A stretch of 64,000 nucleotides of DNA from Candidatus Bathyarchaeota archaeon RBG_16_48_13. Lineage in GTDB: Archaea; Thermoproteota; Bathyarchaeia; RBG-16-48-13. The stretch is from contig MEZH01000007.1 of assembly GCA_001775995.1 (NCBI GenBank), positions 43,451 to 107,450 on the forward strand, given 5' to 3'. Position 1 is the first letter of the stretch. Each line of letters opens with the position of its first letter. The notes below the pieces were generated by a model. It was not told the origin of the DNA and did not search any database. It was given only the letters and a program-made list of their open reading frames with translations. Positions 63,527 to 64,000 of the stretch are shown in pieces. Position numbers and translations under genes: made by a program.

Positions 63527-63623
63527 GGGCCGGTAGCTCAGCCTGGTATGAGCGCTGCGTTGGCATCGCAGAGACCCATTGTAGGGCTGTAAGTCACGGG
63601 TCCGAATCCCGCCCGGTCCACCA
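63527..63623 (+). tRNA. tRNA-Ala(GGC) with an insertion of about 19 nt (intron) in the variable region (about 45/46, non-canonical), CCA encoded
   Basis: GGGCCGG/CCGGTCC acceptor with the G3:U70 Ala identity pair, GCTC/GAGC D-stem, CTGCG-TTGGCAT-CGCAG intact anticodon arm. The next 24 nt, AG[ACCCATTGTAGGGCTGTAA]GTC, sit where 5 are expected. T-arm ACGGG-TCCGAAT-CCCGC. Confidence 0.75.
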
Positions 63624-63737
63624 CCGTTTTCCTTATTGTATTTCTGGGCGACGAAGGAAACGAATCTGAACACATTGTAAACAAAACCGAAACACTATAA
63701 AATGTCTAGTAGGAATAATGAAAATGGAGGCACGAGA

Positions 63738-64000
63738 TTGCCCATAGATCCAGATTTTATGAAGAAGCGCAACGTGACTGGAAATCATGCGGGCCACGCT
63801 GTCTGGGGAGAGGTCGAACCACCATCCAAACTGGGCATACACGGCACCCAGGTGGCTTTGGACCAAGACGTCTGTGATGGAGATGGTATTTGCATATCAG
63901 TGTGTCCCGTTAGTGTCTTCGATTGGGTTGATTCCCCGGGTCACCCTCTCTCAGACAGAAAATCAGATCCGACCAATGAGCCAGCGTGCATCCAGTGCCT
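63738..64000 (+). CDS. zfx: zinc-containing (Sulfolobus-type) ferredoxin, 3'-truncated by window end
   Basis: Not in the ORF track. The TTG at 63738 lies 7 nt after GGAGG. The translation MPIDPDFMKKRNVTGNHAGHAVWGEVEPPSKLGIHGTQVALDQDVCDGDGICISVCPVSVFDWVDSPGHPLSDRKSDPTNEPACIQC parallels the Sulfolobus Zn-ferredoxin (..[60 protein letters not shown]..C). Confidence 0.8.
   Translation, partial: MPIDPDFMKKRNVTGNHAGHAVWGEVEPPSKLGIHGTQVALDQDVCDGDGICISVCPVSVFDWVDSPGHPLSDRKSDPTNEPACIQC

Noticed and set aside
60436-63623. tRNA-flanked three-gene cluster as a genomic island
   Set aside because: There is no integrase and no duplicated tRNA ends at its borders. The two tRNAs are different species (Gly and Ala). 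Adjacency to tRNAs is probably incidental.
1-64000. CRISPR arrays
   Set aside because: Nowhere did I see regularly spaced 24-40 bp direct repeats with unique spacers. The only repeat cluster (52565-52866) is irregular and partly inverted.

Overview
All protein-family calls here rest on motifs recognised by eye. No database search, HMM, RNA-folding or tRNA-scanning program was run.

The window is a densely coded archaeal chromosomal segment with about 70 protein genes, 4 tRNA genes and no rRNA or CRISPR array.

**Content**
- One group is H4MPT/energy metabolism. It includes an intact Mer-like F420 reductase, a frameshifted Mer paralog next to an MtrH-family methyltransferase, Mch, further LLM-family oxidoreductases, and a seven-gene operon (hydrogenase protease, hdrCBA, mvhDGA).
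- The other group is housekeeping and information processing. It includes SepRS, translin, Taw1, two proteasome beta subunits, aCPSF1, LSm plus L37e, SepF, G1P dehydrogenase, RtcA, NOG1, diphthine synthase, RibL/RbkR, NadE/NadM, PanB, a PriS-like primase, and an IscS-like/TusA pair.
- All four tRNAs carry introns and an encoded CCA. Two introns sit at non-canonical positions.
- A Sulfolobus-type zinc ferredoxin starts at the 3' edge, and a ThiI gene runs off the 5' edge.
- Methanogen-signature genes sit together with Thermoproteota/TACK-like hallmarks. This suggests an uncultured Bathyarchaeia-like lineage (inference only).

**Most notable observations**
1. A tight, uncharacterised three-gene cluster at 60.5-63.5 kb: a TiaS-kinase-like fusion protein, a CX8CX2C radical-SAM-like enzyme, and an MtxX/PTA-fold protein.
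2. Three conserved genes whose N-termini only make sense with CTG initiation behind a GGAGG-type Shine-Dalgarno.
3. Endonuclease V interrupted by one in-frame TAG at a conserved His position.
4. An IscS homolog lacking the PLP lysine, next to TusA.
5. A MoaD/ThiS-like protein with an internal Gly-Gly followed by a 20-aa tail.
6. An ORF-poor 1.3 kb stretch at 51.9-53.2 kb holding a tRNA 3'-end copy, a weak integrase-like relic and a family of direct and inverted repeat modules. It is probably a decayed integrative element.
7. An orphan 886-aa HerA/DUF87-type ATPase with extra N- and C-terminal domains.
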